A DNA stretch of 64,000 nucleotides from an uncultured Acidobacteriota bacterium (GTDB taxonomy: Bacteria; Acidobacteriota; Polarisedimenticolia; J045). Positions within the stretch are counted from its first letter, which is position 1. Every line of letters begins with the position of its first letter. The stretch covers positions 192,001 through 256,000 of the forward strand of contig CAVPCQ010000037.1 of NCBI GenBank assembly GCA_963702425.1. The letters are read 5' to 3'. Under the pieces are notes generated by a model. That model saw only the letters and a list, made by a program, of their open reading frames with translations, searched no databases and was not told the DNA's origin. The translations under genes were made by a program, and so were the position numbers. This document shows positions 40,000 to 52,625 of this stretch, piece after piece.

Positions 40000-42741
40000 T
40001 CAGGAAACCACCTCCGCTTCGACGGCGGCCGGTGCCGCGTTCTCGACGGCCGCGACCAGGTCGCGCACCTTGATCGGCTTGGCGATGTAGTCGTCCATTC
40101 CTGCCGCCAGGCAGCGCTCACGATCGCCGCTCATCGCGTGTGCCGTCATCGCAACGATCGGGATGCGCGACCCCGTCGATTCCTCGATCCGGCGAATCGC
40201 GCGGGTGGCTTCGTAACCGTCCATCACGGGCATCTGGACGTCCATGACCACCACGTCGCAGCGCTGCCTCGCGAGTGCCTCCAGCGCCTCCTTCCCGTCG
40301 GCGCAGGTCACGACGCGATGACCGCGCTTCTCCAGGATGCGGAGCGCGAGCAGGCGATTGACCGGGTTGTCCTCGACGAGCAGGACGTCGAGGGTCCGCG
40401 ACGGCGTGTCCGGCAGGGGTCTGCCGCTCGCGACGCCCGTCCGCTCTGCGCCCGGCTGCCTGCCGGTGAGGATCCGCTGCAGCCTCTCGCGGAGGTCGGA
40501 CTGCCGCACCGGCTTGGTCAGGTGTGCCGCGAAACCCAGCTCGCGGCCCGTGATGGTCTCGTCGCACGACCCGCCCGAGGTCAGCATGATGATCTCGACC
40601 GTGGAGACCCGCGGGTTGTTGCGGATCTGCCGCGCGGTGGTCAGGCCGTCCACCTCCGGCATCTGCGCGTCCAGGATCACCAGGTCGAACGGCTCCGAGG
40701 CGGCGGCCGCCCGGTCGAGCGCCGCCAGCGCCGCCGGGCCGGAGTCGACCGCCCTGGGGGCCATCTGCCAGAACCCGAGCAGGTCTTCGAGGATGCGGCG
40801 GTTCGTCAGGTTGTCGTCGACGATCAGCACCCGCGCGCCCGCGAGGCCTTCGGGAAGCGGCGCGGGCCGCGCTGCGACGCCCTCGGCGCTCGGTTGGAAT
40901 CGCGCCGTGAAGTGAAAGGTGCTGCCCTCGCCGAGCGCGCTCTCGACCCAGATGCGTCCGCCCATCATCGTGACCAGCCGCTTGGAGATCGCGAGGCCGA
41001 GGCCGGTCCCGCCGTACCTCCGCGTCGTCGAGCCGTCGGCCTGGACGAACTGCTCGAAGACGACCTCGAGCTTGTCCTGGGGGATGCCGATGCCGGTGTC
41101 GCGGACGCTGAACAGGATCTCCACGGTCTCGGAATGACGGGAGAAGGACTCGGCCGTCAGCACCACCTCGCCCTGGTCGGTGAACTTGATCGCGTTGCCG
41201 ACCAGGTTGATCACGATCTGCCGCAGCCGGATAGGGTCCCCGATCAGGCGGTCCGCCAGCGTCGGCGGTACGTCGCAGATCAGCTCGAGCCCCTTCTGGT
41301 GCGCTCGCGCGCTCAGCGTATGAAGCACGTCGCTCAGGCAGGCCCGCAGGCTGAACGGCTCGCGGTTCAGCTCCAGCCGGCGCGCTTCGATCTTGGAGAA
41401 GTCCAGGATGTCGTTGACCACGAGCAGCAGGGAGTCGGCCGAGGCCTTGACCGTCTCGAGGTACTCCCGCTGGGTTCGCGTCAGCTCCGTCTCCAGCGCC
41501 AGCTCGGTCATGCCGATGACCCCGTTCATCGGCGTCCGGATCTCGTGGCTCATGTTGGCCAGGAAGTCGCTCTTCGCCCGGCTGGCGGCTTCGGCTTCTT
41601 CCTTGGCCTGCCGCAGGTCCTGCTGGACCCGCTCGCGGTGGACGATCTCCTGCTTGAGCTCGATCACCAGCGCGTCCAGCCGGGCGGTGCGGTCCAGGAC
41701 CTTCTGCTCGAGGTCCCGGTTGAGCAGCTGCACTTCCGCCTCGGCCCGCTTCCTCTGAGCGACCTCGTCGATCAGTGCGGCCTTCTGCTCGAAGGACACG
41801 ATCACGAGTTGGGCGAGCCGGCCGAATTCCGTCCGGACCCCGGTCATCGCGGAGAGGCTCGCCGCATCCTGCCGCCTCAGGCCGTCGATCAGCACGGTGA
41901 GCGGACGATGCACCCAGCGCAGTAGCGAGACCGAGACCAGCACGAAGCCGGCGACGGAGACGGCCAGCAACAGCCCGAGGGTGCGGGTCTGCGCGGTCCG
42001 AACGGCCGCCACGACGGAACTCCGACCGCGAAACGCCAGACGCGCGGCCGGCGCGCCGTCGACGCCGGGAAGCGCCAACTCGAACCGGAAGTCCCCTGGC
42101 GAGCCGGCCGGGGAAGCGGAATCCTCCCGGGCTCCGGGCGGCAACACCTCGATCGCGCCATCGCAGAGGCGCGCCAGCTCGTCCAGCAGGGCCTTGTCCC
42201 AGCGCCGCCCCACCAGGAAGTAGCCGCTGTACGGCCCCGTCCGCGTCGTGTCCTCGCTCTCGTGGGTCGTTGCGGCGCGGACCTCGATCAGGCCGGCGGG
42301 CGAGTCGACAAAGAAGTGAAGCAGGTGCTCGCGGTCCAGGGTCCCGCTCCAGGCGGAAGGCGGGAGCGGGCCTTGTCTCAGCCGCTCGTCGCCGGACACG
42401 GATCCGAAGTACATCAGCTCCCGGTTCCGGTTGTACACCCAGAGGTCCGAAACGCCGAAGCTCCCGAGCGCCGTTTCCATGTTCTCCGCGGCCCACTGGG
42501 GGTCCGGGGTTTCGGCGAACCGCGCCAGCTCGCTCCAGTACGAGTAGTCGTACGCGAGGATCGCCTGGCGGGCGCCGTGCAGCTCCATGATCCTCTTCGT
42601 CAGCTCCCGCTTCTCCTGACGCGCCTGCTCCGTCAGCAGGCCGGCCTGTTGCCGATCGAGGAGCTGCAGCGCGAGGTTCCCCACCACCAGGGCGGCGAGC
42701 ATCCCGGCGATCAGGAGGCTGAGTCGAAGGCGGACGGTCAC
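40000..42741 (-). CDS. Hybrid histidine kinase (CHASE4-like sensor, two receiver domains)
   Basis: DYSYW sensor motif, [22 protein letters not shown], receivers LIVDDN..LDAQMP and LLVEDN..MDVQMP. Confidence 0.93.
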   Translation of the reverse strand: MTVRLRLSLLIAGMLAALVVGNLALQLLDRQQAGLLTEQARQEKRELTKRIMELHGARQAILAYDYSYWSELARFAETPDPQWAAENMETALGSFGVSDLWVYNRNRELMYFGSVSGDERLRQGPLPPSAWSGTLDREHLLHFFVDSPAGLIEVRAATTHESEDTTRTGPYSGYFLVGRRWDKALLDELARLCDGAIEVLPPGAREDSASPAGSPGDFRFELALPGVDGAPAARLAFRGRSSVVAAVRTAQTRTLGLLLAVSVAGFVLVSVSLLRWVHRPLTVLIDGLRRQDAASLSAMTGVRTEFGRLAQLVIVSFEQKAALIDEVAQRKRAEAEVQLLNRDLEQKVLDRTARLDALVIELKQEIVHRERVQQDLRQAKEEAEAASRAKSDFLANMSHEIRTPMNGVIGMTELALETELTRTQREYLETVKASADSLLLVVNDILDFSKIEARRLELNREPFSLRACLSDVLHTLSARAHQKGLELICDVPPTLADRLIGDPIRLRQIVINLVGNAIKFTDQGEVVLTAESFSRHSETVEILFSVRDTGIGIPQDKLEVVFEQFVQADGSTTRRYGGTGLGLAISKRLVTMMGGRIWVESALGEGSTFHFTARFQPSAEGVAARPAPLPEGLAGARVLIVDDNLTNRRILEDLLGFWQMAPRAVDSGPAALAALDRAAAASEPFDLVILDAQMPEVDGLTTARQIRNNPRVSTVEIIMLTSGGSCDETITGRELGFAAHLTKPVRQSDLRERLQRILTGRQPGAERTGVASGRPLPDTPSRTLDVLLVEDNPVNRLLALRILEKRGHRVVTCADGKEALEALARQRCDVVVMDVQMPVMDGYEATRAIRRIEESTGSRIPIVAMTAHAMSGDRERCLAAGMDDYIAKPIKVRDLVAAVENAAPAAVEAEVVS

Positions 42742-42967
42742 GGCGCCGCTCCCCACCGCGCCGACCCGTCCGAGGGCGGTGCCGGGCCCCCGAACGCCGG
42801 CTCGCGCCGTCGGGCGGCGCCCGGCCGGCCGGGGGCGAGCAGCACGGGAACGCGCGGGTCCGCCACGAAGCCTCCGTCGCCCGCACCGCGGAGCGCGGGG
42901 CGGCCAGGAAAGAACATGGTGTCCGGGGCTGTCCCGGGCCATCCGCGCGAAGAGACGGATGCGCCTC

Positions 42968-42987
42968 GTACATTTGTCTGGTATCTT
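42968..42987 (+). promoter_or_regulatory. Candidate LexA operator and -10 element upstream of dnaE2
   Basis: GTAC-attt-GTCT-GG-TATCTT has the same layout as GGAC-gaat-GTCC-GG-TATGCT at lexA. Confidence 0.6.
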
Positions 42988-43056
42988 GAAAGCGGGAAGA
43001 CCCCCCCGCGCCCGCCGGCGCACCCGACCGCGAACGACGCCTTTGCGGATGACAGC

Positions 43057-46189
<3,133 letters not shown>

Positions 46190-46285
46190 CGTCCCCCAGC
46201 CGCCCCGATCCGTGAGATCCTGAACGGGACGCAGCCGGGCCCGGTTCGCCCCGGCGGTGCGTCAACCATCCAGGAGGACACGACC

Positions 46286-46897
46286 GTGTGTGAGACCCCC
46301 CCGCTGAAGCTCGGCCAGGTCGTGCCGAACTTCGAACTCGACACCTACGACCCGAAGACCGGCGACTTCGGCAAGTTCTCGCTCGCCAGGCAGCTCGAGA
46401 AGAAACGCTGGACGATCCTGTTCTTCTACCCGGCCGACTTCACCTTCGTCTGAGCGACCGAATTCGCTGCTCTGGCAGAGCAGCAAGATCGCTTCGAGAA
46501 GCTCGGCGCGGACATCGTGACGGTCTCCACCGACACCCAGTTCGTGCACCTGGCGTGGCAGCAGAACGAGAAGGAGCTGGCCCCCGTCCGCTACCAGATG
46601 GGCGCGGACCCGACCGGCAAGGTCTCCCGGATGTTCGGCGTCTACGACGACGCCACCGGGCTCGACCTGCGCGGCACGTTCATCATCAACCCCGAGGGGA
46701 AGGTGCTCGGGTCGGAGATGAACTTCTACAACCTCGGCCGCAACATCGACGAGCTGATGCGCAAGTTCAAGGCGAACATGTACCTCGCCCGCAAGACCAA
46801 CGAGGCCTGCCCGTCGAAGTGGAAGGACGAGGGGGACAAGACCCTCGCCCCGTCCGCCAAGATGGTCGGGAAGGTCCACGAGGCGCTGCAGGACTGA
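46286..46897 (+). CDS. prxU: Selenocysteine-containing peroxiredoxin (AhpC/Prx1 family, PrxU type)
   Basis: CAGGAGG RBS, GTG start, FFYPADFTFV-TGA(46451)-ATE in frame with the downstream ORF; resolving Cys in EACPSKW. Confidence 0.9.
46454..46492 (+). promoter_or_regulatory. Bacterial SECIS-like hairpin
   Basis: GCTGCTCT-GGC-AGAGCAGC stem-loop with a loop G about 21 nt after the TGA; possible lower stem GCGA/TCGC. Confidence 0.75.
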
Positions 46898-46920
46898 GCG
46901 TCGGCGGAAGGCGACATCAA

Positions 46921-46960
46921 CCGGGCCGGGGGCTTTCGCTCCCGGCCCCGTTCGTTCTTG
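46921..46960 (+). terminator. Probable rho-independent terminator after the peroxiredoxin
   Basis: GGGCCGGGGGC-TTTC-GCTCCCGGCCC followed by a T-rich tail. Confidence 0.65.
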
Positions 46961-47110
46961 TCCGGGCCGGCTGTCGTTTGACCGATTGCCCGTTCCGTTC
47001 AGTCGCCTCATCGACAACGAAAAAGGTGCGCCGGGAGCCTTTTAGGCGAAAATGATGCGTTGTTAGCCCCGTCGCGGCAGCGCTCGCGACGGGTCCCGGG
47101 GAGGGACGCC

Positions 47111-48631
47111 ATGTTCGCTCGCTTCGACCGCCGCTCCGTCTTGACCGTCCTGTCCGTCCTATCCGTCCTGCTCCTCCCGGCTGCCGGGGCTCTCCCCGCC
47201 GCCGCGCAGTGCGACACCGCGCCGCCCGCGGTGACGTCGTTCACGCTCAGCCCGACGAGCGTCAACACGACGGGCGCCGCGCAGACCGTCACCTGCACGG
47301 TCGGGCTGACCGACTCGCCGGCCGGGGTCGCAGAGGTCGACTGTGCTCTTCAGTGGACCGACGGCGTGTCGAAGTTCCAGTCGCAGTTCTGCTCGAGCAC
47401 CACTCCAATCTCCGGCACGCCGCAGAGCGGGACCTGGCGCTGCACGATCACCCTGCCGCGCTACAGCGCGCAGGGAATCTGGGACGCCCAGGTGACCGCG
47501 ACCGACGCGGTCACGAACACCAAGACCTTCATCAGCTTCGAGCTACCGCCGGGAACGACGTCGGTCAACGTCACCTCCGATCCCGACCTCATCGCGCCGG
47601 CCCTGACCAGCTCCACCCTCAACCCGACCAGCGTGAATGTCTCGGCCGCCGACCAGAACACCACCTGCACGATGAACGTGACCGACGCCAAGTCGGGCGT
47701 CCAGAGCGCCTTCTGCCTCGTCACGGGACCCACCCCGCCGCCGCCCGCGGAGGCCCAGGCCCAGGGCTGCGTCGACGACGCGCCCAACTCCGGAACGCGC
47801 CAGAACGGGACCTTCAGTTGCACGATCAAGATCCCGCGCTACTCCGACGCCGGGCTCTGGACGACACAGGTCCTCCTGATCGACGCGGTCGGCAACAGCG
47901 CGCCGCTCACCGCGACACCGACCCTGACCGTCACCTCCAGCCCCGAGGACCTCGCCGGACCGGTTGTAGGGGCCTTCGACTTCAACCCCAAGACAGCCAA
48001 CGCCGCCACGGGGCCGACCACGGTCACCTGCACGATCCCGATCACCGACTCGCCGGCCGGCGTCGCGGCAGCAGGCTGCACTTTCAGCTTCACCAACTTC
48101 CTGGTCTTCCCGCCGATCCAGCAGACCCAGGGCTGCAGCTCGGCGACCCCCTCCTCTGGCACGCCCAACAGCGGGACCTACACCTGCCAGGTCGTGATCC
48201 CGCGTTACAGCGCGCCCGGCAACTGGACCGTCAGCGTGGACGTCGAGGACAAGGTCGGGAACCTGACGACGACCGATCCGGTCACCCCGCTCAACGTGAC
48301 CTGCGGCGGCGCGGGCGACCCCGAGGCGGTCATCCGGTTCCAGCAGGGGACGCGGAACACGATCATCTGGAGCGCGATCTCCGGCGCGACCCGCTACAAC
48401 GCCTACAAGGGGAACCTGCCGCAGCTCCCCGGGCCGCCGGTCAACTACGGGACCTGCCAGAACGCGACCGACCCGAACCTGACCGACACCCAGTTCATCG
48501 ACAACGCGATCCCGAGCGCGACGCAGAAGGGATTCCACTACCTCGTCAGCTACACCAGCGGCGGGGTGGAGAAGGGGCTCGGCAAGCAGAGCAACGGGAC
48601 GGCGCGGACGGTCAGCCCGCCCTGCCCGTAG
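47111..48631 (+). CDS. Secreted protein with three Cys-containing Ig-like repeats and a C-terminal CP domain
   Basis: Signal peptide; three ~125-aa repeats (TCT..TD..GV; SGT..GT..C...PRYS..G.W); distinct terminal domain. Confidence 0.8.
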   Translation: MFARFDRRSVLTVLSVLSVLLLPAAGALPAAAQCDTAPPAVTSFTLSPTSVNTTGAAQTVTCTVGLTDSPAGVAEVDCALQWTDGVSKFQSQFCSSTTPISGTPQSGTWRCTITLPRYSAQGIWDAQVTATDAVTNTKTFISFELPPGTTSVNVTSDPDLIAPALTSSTLNPTSVNVSAADQNTTCTMNVTDAKSGVQSAFCLVTGPTPPPPAEAQAQGCVDDAPNSGTRQNGTFSCTIKIPRYSDAGLWTTQVLLIDAVGNSAPLTATPTLTVTSSPEDLAGPVVGAFDFNPKTANAATGPTTVTCTIPITDSPAGVAAAGCTFSFTNFLVFPPIQQTQGCSSATPSSGTPNSGTYTCQVVIPRYSAPGNWTVSVDVEDKVGNLTTTDPVTPLNVTCGGAGDPEAVIRFQQGTRNTIIWSAISGATRYNAYKGNLPQLPGPPVNYGTCQNATDPNLTDTQFIDNAIPSATQKGFHYLVSYTSGGVEKGLGKQSNGTARTVSPPCP

Positions 48632-48654
48632 TTCGAACCGTCCAAGCGGAGCCG

Positions 48655-48681
48655 CGGGCCGGCACGAAGGCCGGCCCCTCC
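48655..48681 (-). repeat. Single degenerate REP copy
   Basis: CGGGCCGGCACGAAGGCCGGCCCCTCC between convergent genes. Confidence 0.7.
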
Positions 48682-48697
48682 GTCATTCCCGGGGCCC

Positions 48698-49960
48698 TCA
48701 CGGCCCCATCAGCGCCTCGAGCTCCTGCGGCCGCCGGGCCCGGGCCCGGGCCTCGGCGCGCTCGATGTGCCCGGCCTTGACCAGCTCCGCCAGGCTGGCT
48801 TCGAAGGTGCGCATCCCGCGCTGTCGGCTGATCCCGATCTGCGCCGCGATCTGCTCGGTCTGGCCCTTGAGGATCAGGTTCCGGACCGCGTCGGTCCCGA
48901 TCAGGACCTCGACCGCCGGGACGCGGCCGCTGCCGTCGCGGCGCGGAATGAGCTGCTGGCTGACCACCGCCGCGAGCGCCACGCCGAGCTGCGAGCGCAC
49001 GAACGCCTGCTGCCCGGGGGGATAGGCGTCGAGGATCCGGCTGACCGACTGGACCGCGTCGCCGGTGTGCAGCGTCGAGAAGACCAGGTGCCCCGTCTCG
49101 GCCGCGGTCACGGCCAGCGCGATCGTCTCCGGGTCGCGCATCTCGCCGACCAGGATCACGTCCGGGTTCTGGCGCAGCGCGGCGCGCAGCGCGTCGGCGA
49201 ACGACGGCGTGTCGCGCCCGACCTCGATCTGCTCGACCAGTGCGACCCCCGCGGGGTGCCGGTATTCGATCGGGTCCTCGATCGTGATCACGTGGGCCCG
49301 GCGCCGCCCGGTGACGAGTGCCAGCAGCGCCGCGAGGGTGGTCGACTTGCCCGAGCCGGCCGGTCCCGTGACCAGCACGATCCCGTGGCGCAGCTCGGCC
49401 AGCGTCGCCAGCTCCGGCGGCAGGTGCAGCTCCGCCAGCGTCGGGATCGTCAGCGGGAAGAGCCGCACCGCGACCGCCCAGCCGCCGCTCTCGCGGTGCA
49501 CGTTGCAGCGGAAGCGGCCGGTCTCGGGCGTGCCCCAGGACAGGTCGATCGCACCGCGCTGCGCCAGCTCGCTGCGGCGCGGCGCGGGGACCAGCGCCGA
49601 CACGAGCCGCCCGACCTCCTCGTCGTCCAGCGGAACGGTGGGGAGGGCCTCGAGGTCGCCGTGCCGCCGAATCGCGGGGGGCGAGCCGGCGACCAGGAAC
49701 AGGTCGGTCGCGCCCGCGGCGCGCGCCATCGTGAGCAGTGCGTGGGCGCGCTCGCGCCCTTCCTCGGTGACCGGTCCGACCCGCCAGTCCTTGCGCTCGC
49801 CCGCGGCGCCGGCGCCCGCGCGCGGGAGCGGCGGCAGCTCGACGCGTCCCGCGCCGCCATCCTCGGCGGCGTCCCCGTCGCGCGGTGCCTCGCGCCGCGC
49901 CATCTGGTTGAGCTGCCGGACGAGCGCGTTGATGTCCTCATCGTTCCGGTCGTCGGTCAT
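48698..49960 (-). CDS. pilT: PilT/PilU family type IV pilus ATPase
   Basis: [49 protein letters not shown]. Confidence 0.9.
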   Translation of the reverse strand: MTDDRNDEDINALVRQLNQMARREAPRDGDAAEDGGAGRVELPPLPRAGAGAAGERKDWRVGPVTEEGRERAHALLTMARAAGATDLFLVAGSPPAIRRHGDLEALPTVPLDDEEVGRLVSALVPAPRRSELAQRGAIDLSWGTPETGRFRCNVHRESGGWAVAVRLFPLTIPTLAELHLPPELATLAELRHGIVLVTGPAGSGKSTTLAALLALVTGRRRAHVITIEDPIEYRHPAGVALVEQIEVGRDTPSFADALRAALRQNPDVILVGEMRDPETIALAVTAAETGHLVFSTLHTGDAVQSVSRILDAYPPGQQAFVRSQLGVALAAVVSQQLIPRRDGSGRVPAVEVLIGTDAVRNLILKGQTEQIAAQIGISRQRGMRTFEASLAELVKAGHIERAEARARARRPQELEALMGP

Positions 49961-51522
49961 CGTGCTTGCCTCCGTTCGGTCGAGCGTCCGGGGCGCTTCA
50001 ACCCGTACCTGCGGAGCTTGGCCTGGAGCGTCGTCGGCGGCAGGCCCAGCCGCGCCGCCGCCCCGTCGGGCCCGTAGATCCGGCCGCCGCTCGTCTCCAG
50101 CGCCTGCGCCAGTACGTCGCGCATCCGGGCTTCGAACGAGGTCCCCTCCACGGCCGTCCCGGCGGGCGAGCGGGGACCTTCGAACGGCGGCAGCTCCAGC
50201 TCGTCCCCCGGCGAGAGGATCAGCGCCCGCTCGAGCACGTTCTCCAGCTCGCGCACGTTGCCGGGCCAGGGGTGCGCTTCGAGCCGGCGGAAGACCGCCT
50301 CGGGGATCCGCGGCGGTCGCCGGTTCATGCGCGCGGCGTGGCGTGCCGCGAAGTAGCGGGCCAGCGGGCGGAGGTCCTCCGGCCGGGCGCGGAGCGGCGG
50401 CACCGCGAGCGGGAAGACGGCCAGCCGGTAGAAGAGATCGGCGCGGAAAGTCCCTGCCGTGACCAGCTCCTCGAGCGGGCGATGCGTGGCGGCAAGGATG
50501 CGCACGTCGACCCGCACCGGCTCGGCGCCGCCGAGGCGCGTGAAGGCGCGCTCTTCGAGCGCGCGCAGCAGCTTGACCTGCACCGCCAGCGGCACGTCGC
50601 CCAGCTCGTCGAGGAAGAGCGTGCCGCCGTCCGCCAGCTCGAGCTTGCCGGTCTGCCGCGTCACCGCGCCGGTAAAGGCCCCTTTCTCGTGGCCGAACAG
50701 TTCGCTCTCGACGAGCGTCTCCGGCAGGGCGCCGAGGTTGACCGCGACGAACGGCGCCGCCAGCCGCGGCGAGAACTCGTGGATCGCGCGCGCCAGCCCC
50801 TCCTTGCCGGTGCCGGTCTCGCCGCGGATCAGGACGGTGGTGTCGGTCGCCGCGACCCGCCGGGCCTGTTCCATCACCGCGCGCATCGCCGGGCTCTCGG
50901 CGACGTAGCGCCGCCCGCCGCGGGTCGTCTCCTCGCGCAGGACCTCGTTCTCCCGCTTGAGCAGCCGGGCCAGCCGGCGGACCTCGTCGAACATCAGGCT
51001 GTTGGAGAGCGCGATCGCAAGGAGGCGCGCGATCTGGCCGGCGTGGCAGGCGCAGCCCGCGAAAACCCCTTCGCGCGGGGCGTGCGCGATCTCGAGCGCG
51101 CCGAGCGCGCGGCCGTTGACGACCAGCGGGAAGCTGGCGACCGAACCGTAGCCGCGCGGCGCGAGCAACGTCTCTTCGCGCCAGCGCGGCGTCCCCTCGC
51201 CGAGCCGCTCGGCGAACGCCGGCTCGCCGGCCGCGAGCGCCGCGCCGGCGAGCGACCCCTCGAGCGGGAAGCGCACCCCCGAGCCGCCCGCGCCGAGCGG
51301 GTCGTCCGCGGTCAGCGTCTCGGCCCAGCCTGGGGCGTCGGGGAGGCAGCGGTGGATCGCGACGCGCGTCGGTCCGTAGTGGCGCCGGATCAGCGCGCCG
51401 ATCCGCTGCAGGACCTCGTCCATGTCGACGGTCGCCAGGACCGAGCCGAGCGCCTCCTCGAAGAGGTCGGCGCTGGGCGGGCAGTGGGGCCCCCCGGGAT
51501 GGACCGGCAGGTCGTGGCGCAC
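49957..51522 (-). CDS. GAF-domain sigma54-dependent activator (FhlA/NorR-like architecture)
   Basis: [34 protein letters not shown], Fis-type HTH. Confidence 0.92.
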   Translation of the reverse strand: MRHDLPVHPGGPHCPPSADLFEEALGSVLATVDMDEVLQRIGALIRRHYGPTRVAIHRCLPDAPGWAETLTADDPLGAGGSGVRFPLEGSLAGAALAAGEPAFAERLGEGTPRWREETLLAPRGYGSVASFPLVVNGRALGALEIAHAPREGVFAGCACHAGQIARLLAIALSNSLMFDEVRRLARLLKRENEVLREETTRGGRRYVAESPAMRAVMEQARRVAATDTTVLIRGETGTGKEGLARAIHEFSPRLAAPFVAVNLGALPETLVESELFGHEKGAFTGAVTRQTGKLELADGGTLFLDELGDVPLAVQVKLLRALEERAFTRLGGAEPVRVDVRILAATHRPLEELVTAGTFRADLFYRLAVFPLAVPPLRARPEDLRPLARYFAARHAARMNRRPPRIPEAVFRRLEAHPWPGNVRELENVLERALILSPGDELELPPFEGPRSPAGTAVEGTSFEARMRDVLAQALETSGGRIYGPDGAAARLGLPPTTLQAKLRRYGLKRPGRSTERRQAR

Positions 51523-51621
51523 GCCCCCTGATACCCGCCCGGCGTTGCCGGCGCAACCAAATACCGTTGCCGGCCCCCCGGCAATTTCCTCAAATACCTG
51601 ATCCAGAAGCGCTTGCCCCGC

Positions 51622-51637
51622 TGGCCTCGACCTTGCT
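51622..51637 (+). promoter_or_regulatory. sigma54 (-24/-12) promoter of the hemerythrin operon
   Basis: TGGCCTC-GACC-TTGCT about 40 bp before the ATG at 51677, divergent from the activator. Confidence 0.7.
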
Positions 51638-51676
51638 TGAGGAAATCCCATCCACCTCCCGGAAGGAGCCGTCCCG

Positions 51677-52234
51677 ATGGATCCGATCGACGTCCTCATG
51701 ATGGAGCACCAGGTGATCCTGCGCGTGATCGACGCCGCCGAGGCCTTCGCGGCCGAGGTCGACAAGGCCGGCCAGGACGGCCGCGCCGAGCTGACCGACT
51801 TCGTCACCTTCATCCGCGAGTACGCCGACGCGCGCCACCACGGGAAGGAGGAGGACATCCTGTTCCAGACGATGCAGGAGTTCGGCTTCTCGACCGAGAT
51901 GGGGCCGCTGGCGGTGATGCTCCACGAGCACACCGAGGGACGGCGTCTGGCCCGCGAGTTGGCCGAGGCCGCCGCGCGTCCTGCGCCGTGGGACCCGGCC
52001 GAGCGCTCGGCGGTCGTCGGCGGGATCGAGGGCTACGCCGCGCTGCTCCGGAATCACATCTGGAAGGAGGACAACATCCTGTATCCCGCGGCCCAGAATG
52101 CGCTCGACGAGGCCGCCTACGGTGTCGTCGCGCAGCGGGTCACCTCGTTCGACGGCGAGTGGAAGGCCTCGGGAAAGATCCCGGCGCTCGACGCCCTGGC
52201 CGAGAAACTGACCGCGCGCGCGCCGCGCGCCTGA
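51677..52234 (+). CDS. Hemerythrin (HHE) domain protein
   Basis: [28 protein letters not shown]. Confidence 0.92.
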   Translation: MDPIDVLMMEHQVILRVIDAAEAFAAEVDKAGQDGRAELTDFVTFIREYADARHHGKEEDILFQTMQEFGFSTEMGPLAVMLHEHTEGRRLARELAEAAARPAPWDPAERSAVVGGIEGYAALLRNHIWKEDNILYPAAQNALDEAAYGVVAQRVTSFDGEWKASGKIPALDALAEKLTARAPRA

Positions 52235-52252
52235 ACGCCCAAGGAGACCGTC

Positions 52253-52591
52253 ATGCAGTCGCTCAAGGAAAGCAAGGCCGAGCCCGCCCACGCCTTTCCG
52301 TATGCCACCCTCGTCGACTACCAGGAGGGCGGAATCGTCAGCCGGACGCTCTACAAGGAGGCCCCCGGCACGCTGACCCTCTTCGCCTTCGACGCCGGCC
52401 AGCAGCTCTCCGAGCATACCGCGCCGTTCGACGCCTTCGTCCAGGTGCTGGACGGCGCCGTGGAGCTGACGATCGGCGGCGAGAAGGTCCCGGCGAAGGC
52501 GGGCGAGATCGTGCTGATGCCCGCCGGCGTGCCTCACGCAGTGACGGCGCGCGAGCGCTTCAAGATGCTGCTCATCATGTTCCGCCGCTGA
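52253..52591 (+). CDS. Cupin domain protein
   Basis: TLFAFDAGQQLSEHTAP, MPAGVPHAV. Confidence 0.9.
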   Translation: MQSLKESKAEPAHAFPYATLVDYQEGGIVSRTLYKEAPGTLTLFAFDAGQQLSEHTAPFDAFVQVLDGAVELTIGGEKVPAKAGEIVLMPAGVPHAVTARERFKMLLIMFRR

Positions 52592-52625
52592 GCGATCCGC
52601 ACGAGACGCGTTCCCGGAGGCCGAC

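Noticed and set aside
46451-46453. Peroxiredoxin as a nonsense-mutant pseudogene
   Set aside because: The TGA falls exactly at the catalytic Cys and is followed by a SECIS-like hairpin, so recoding is more parsimonious.
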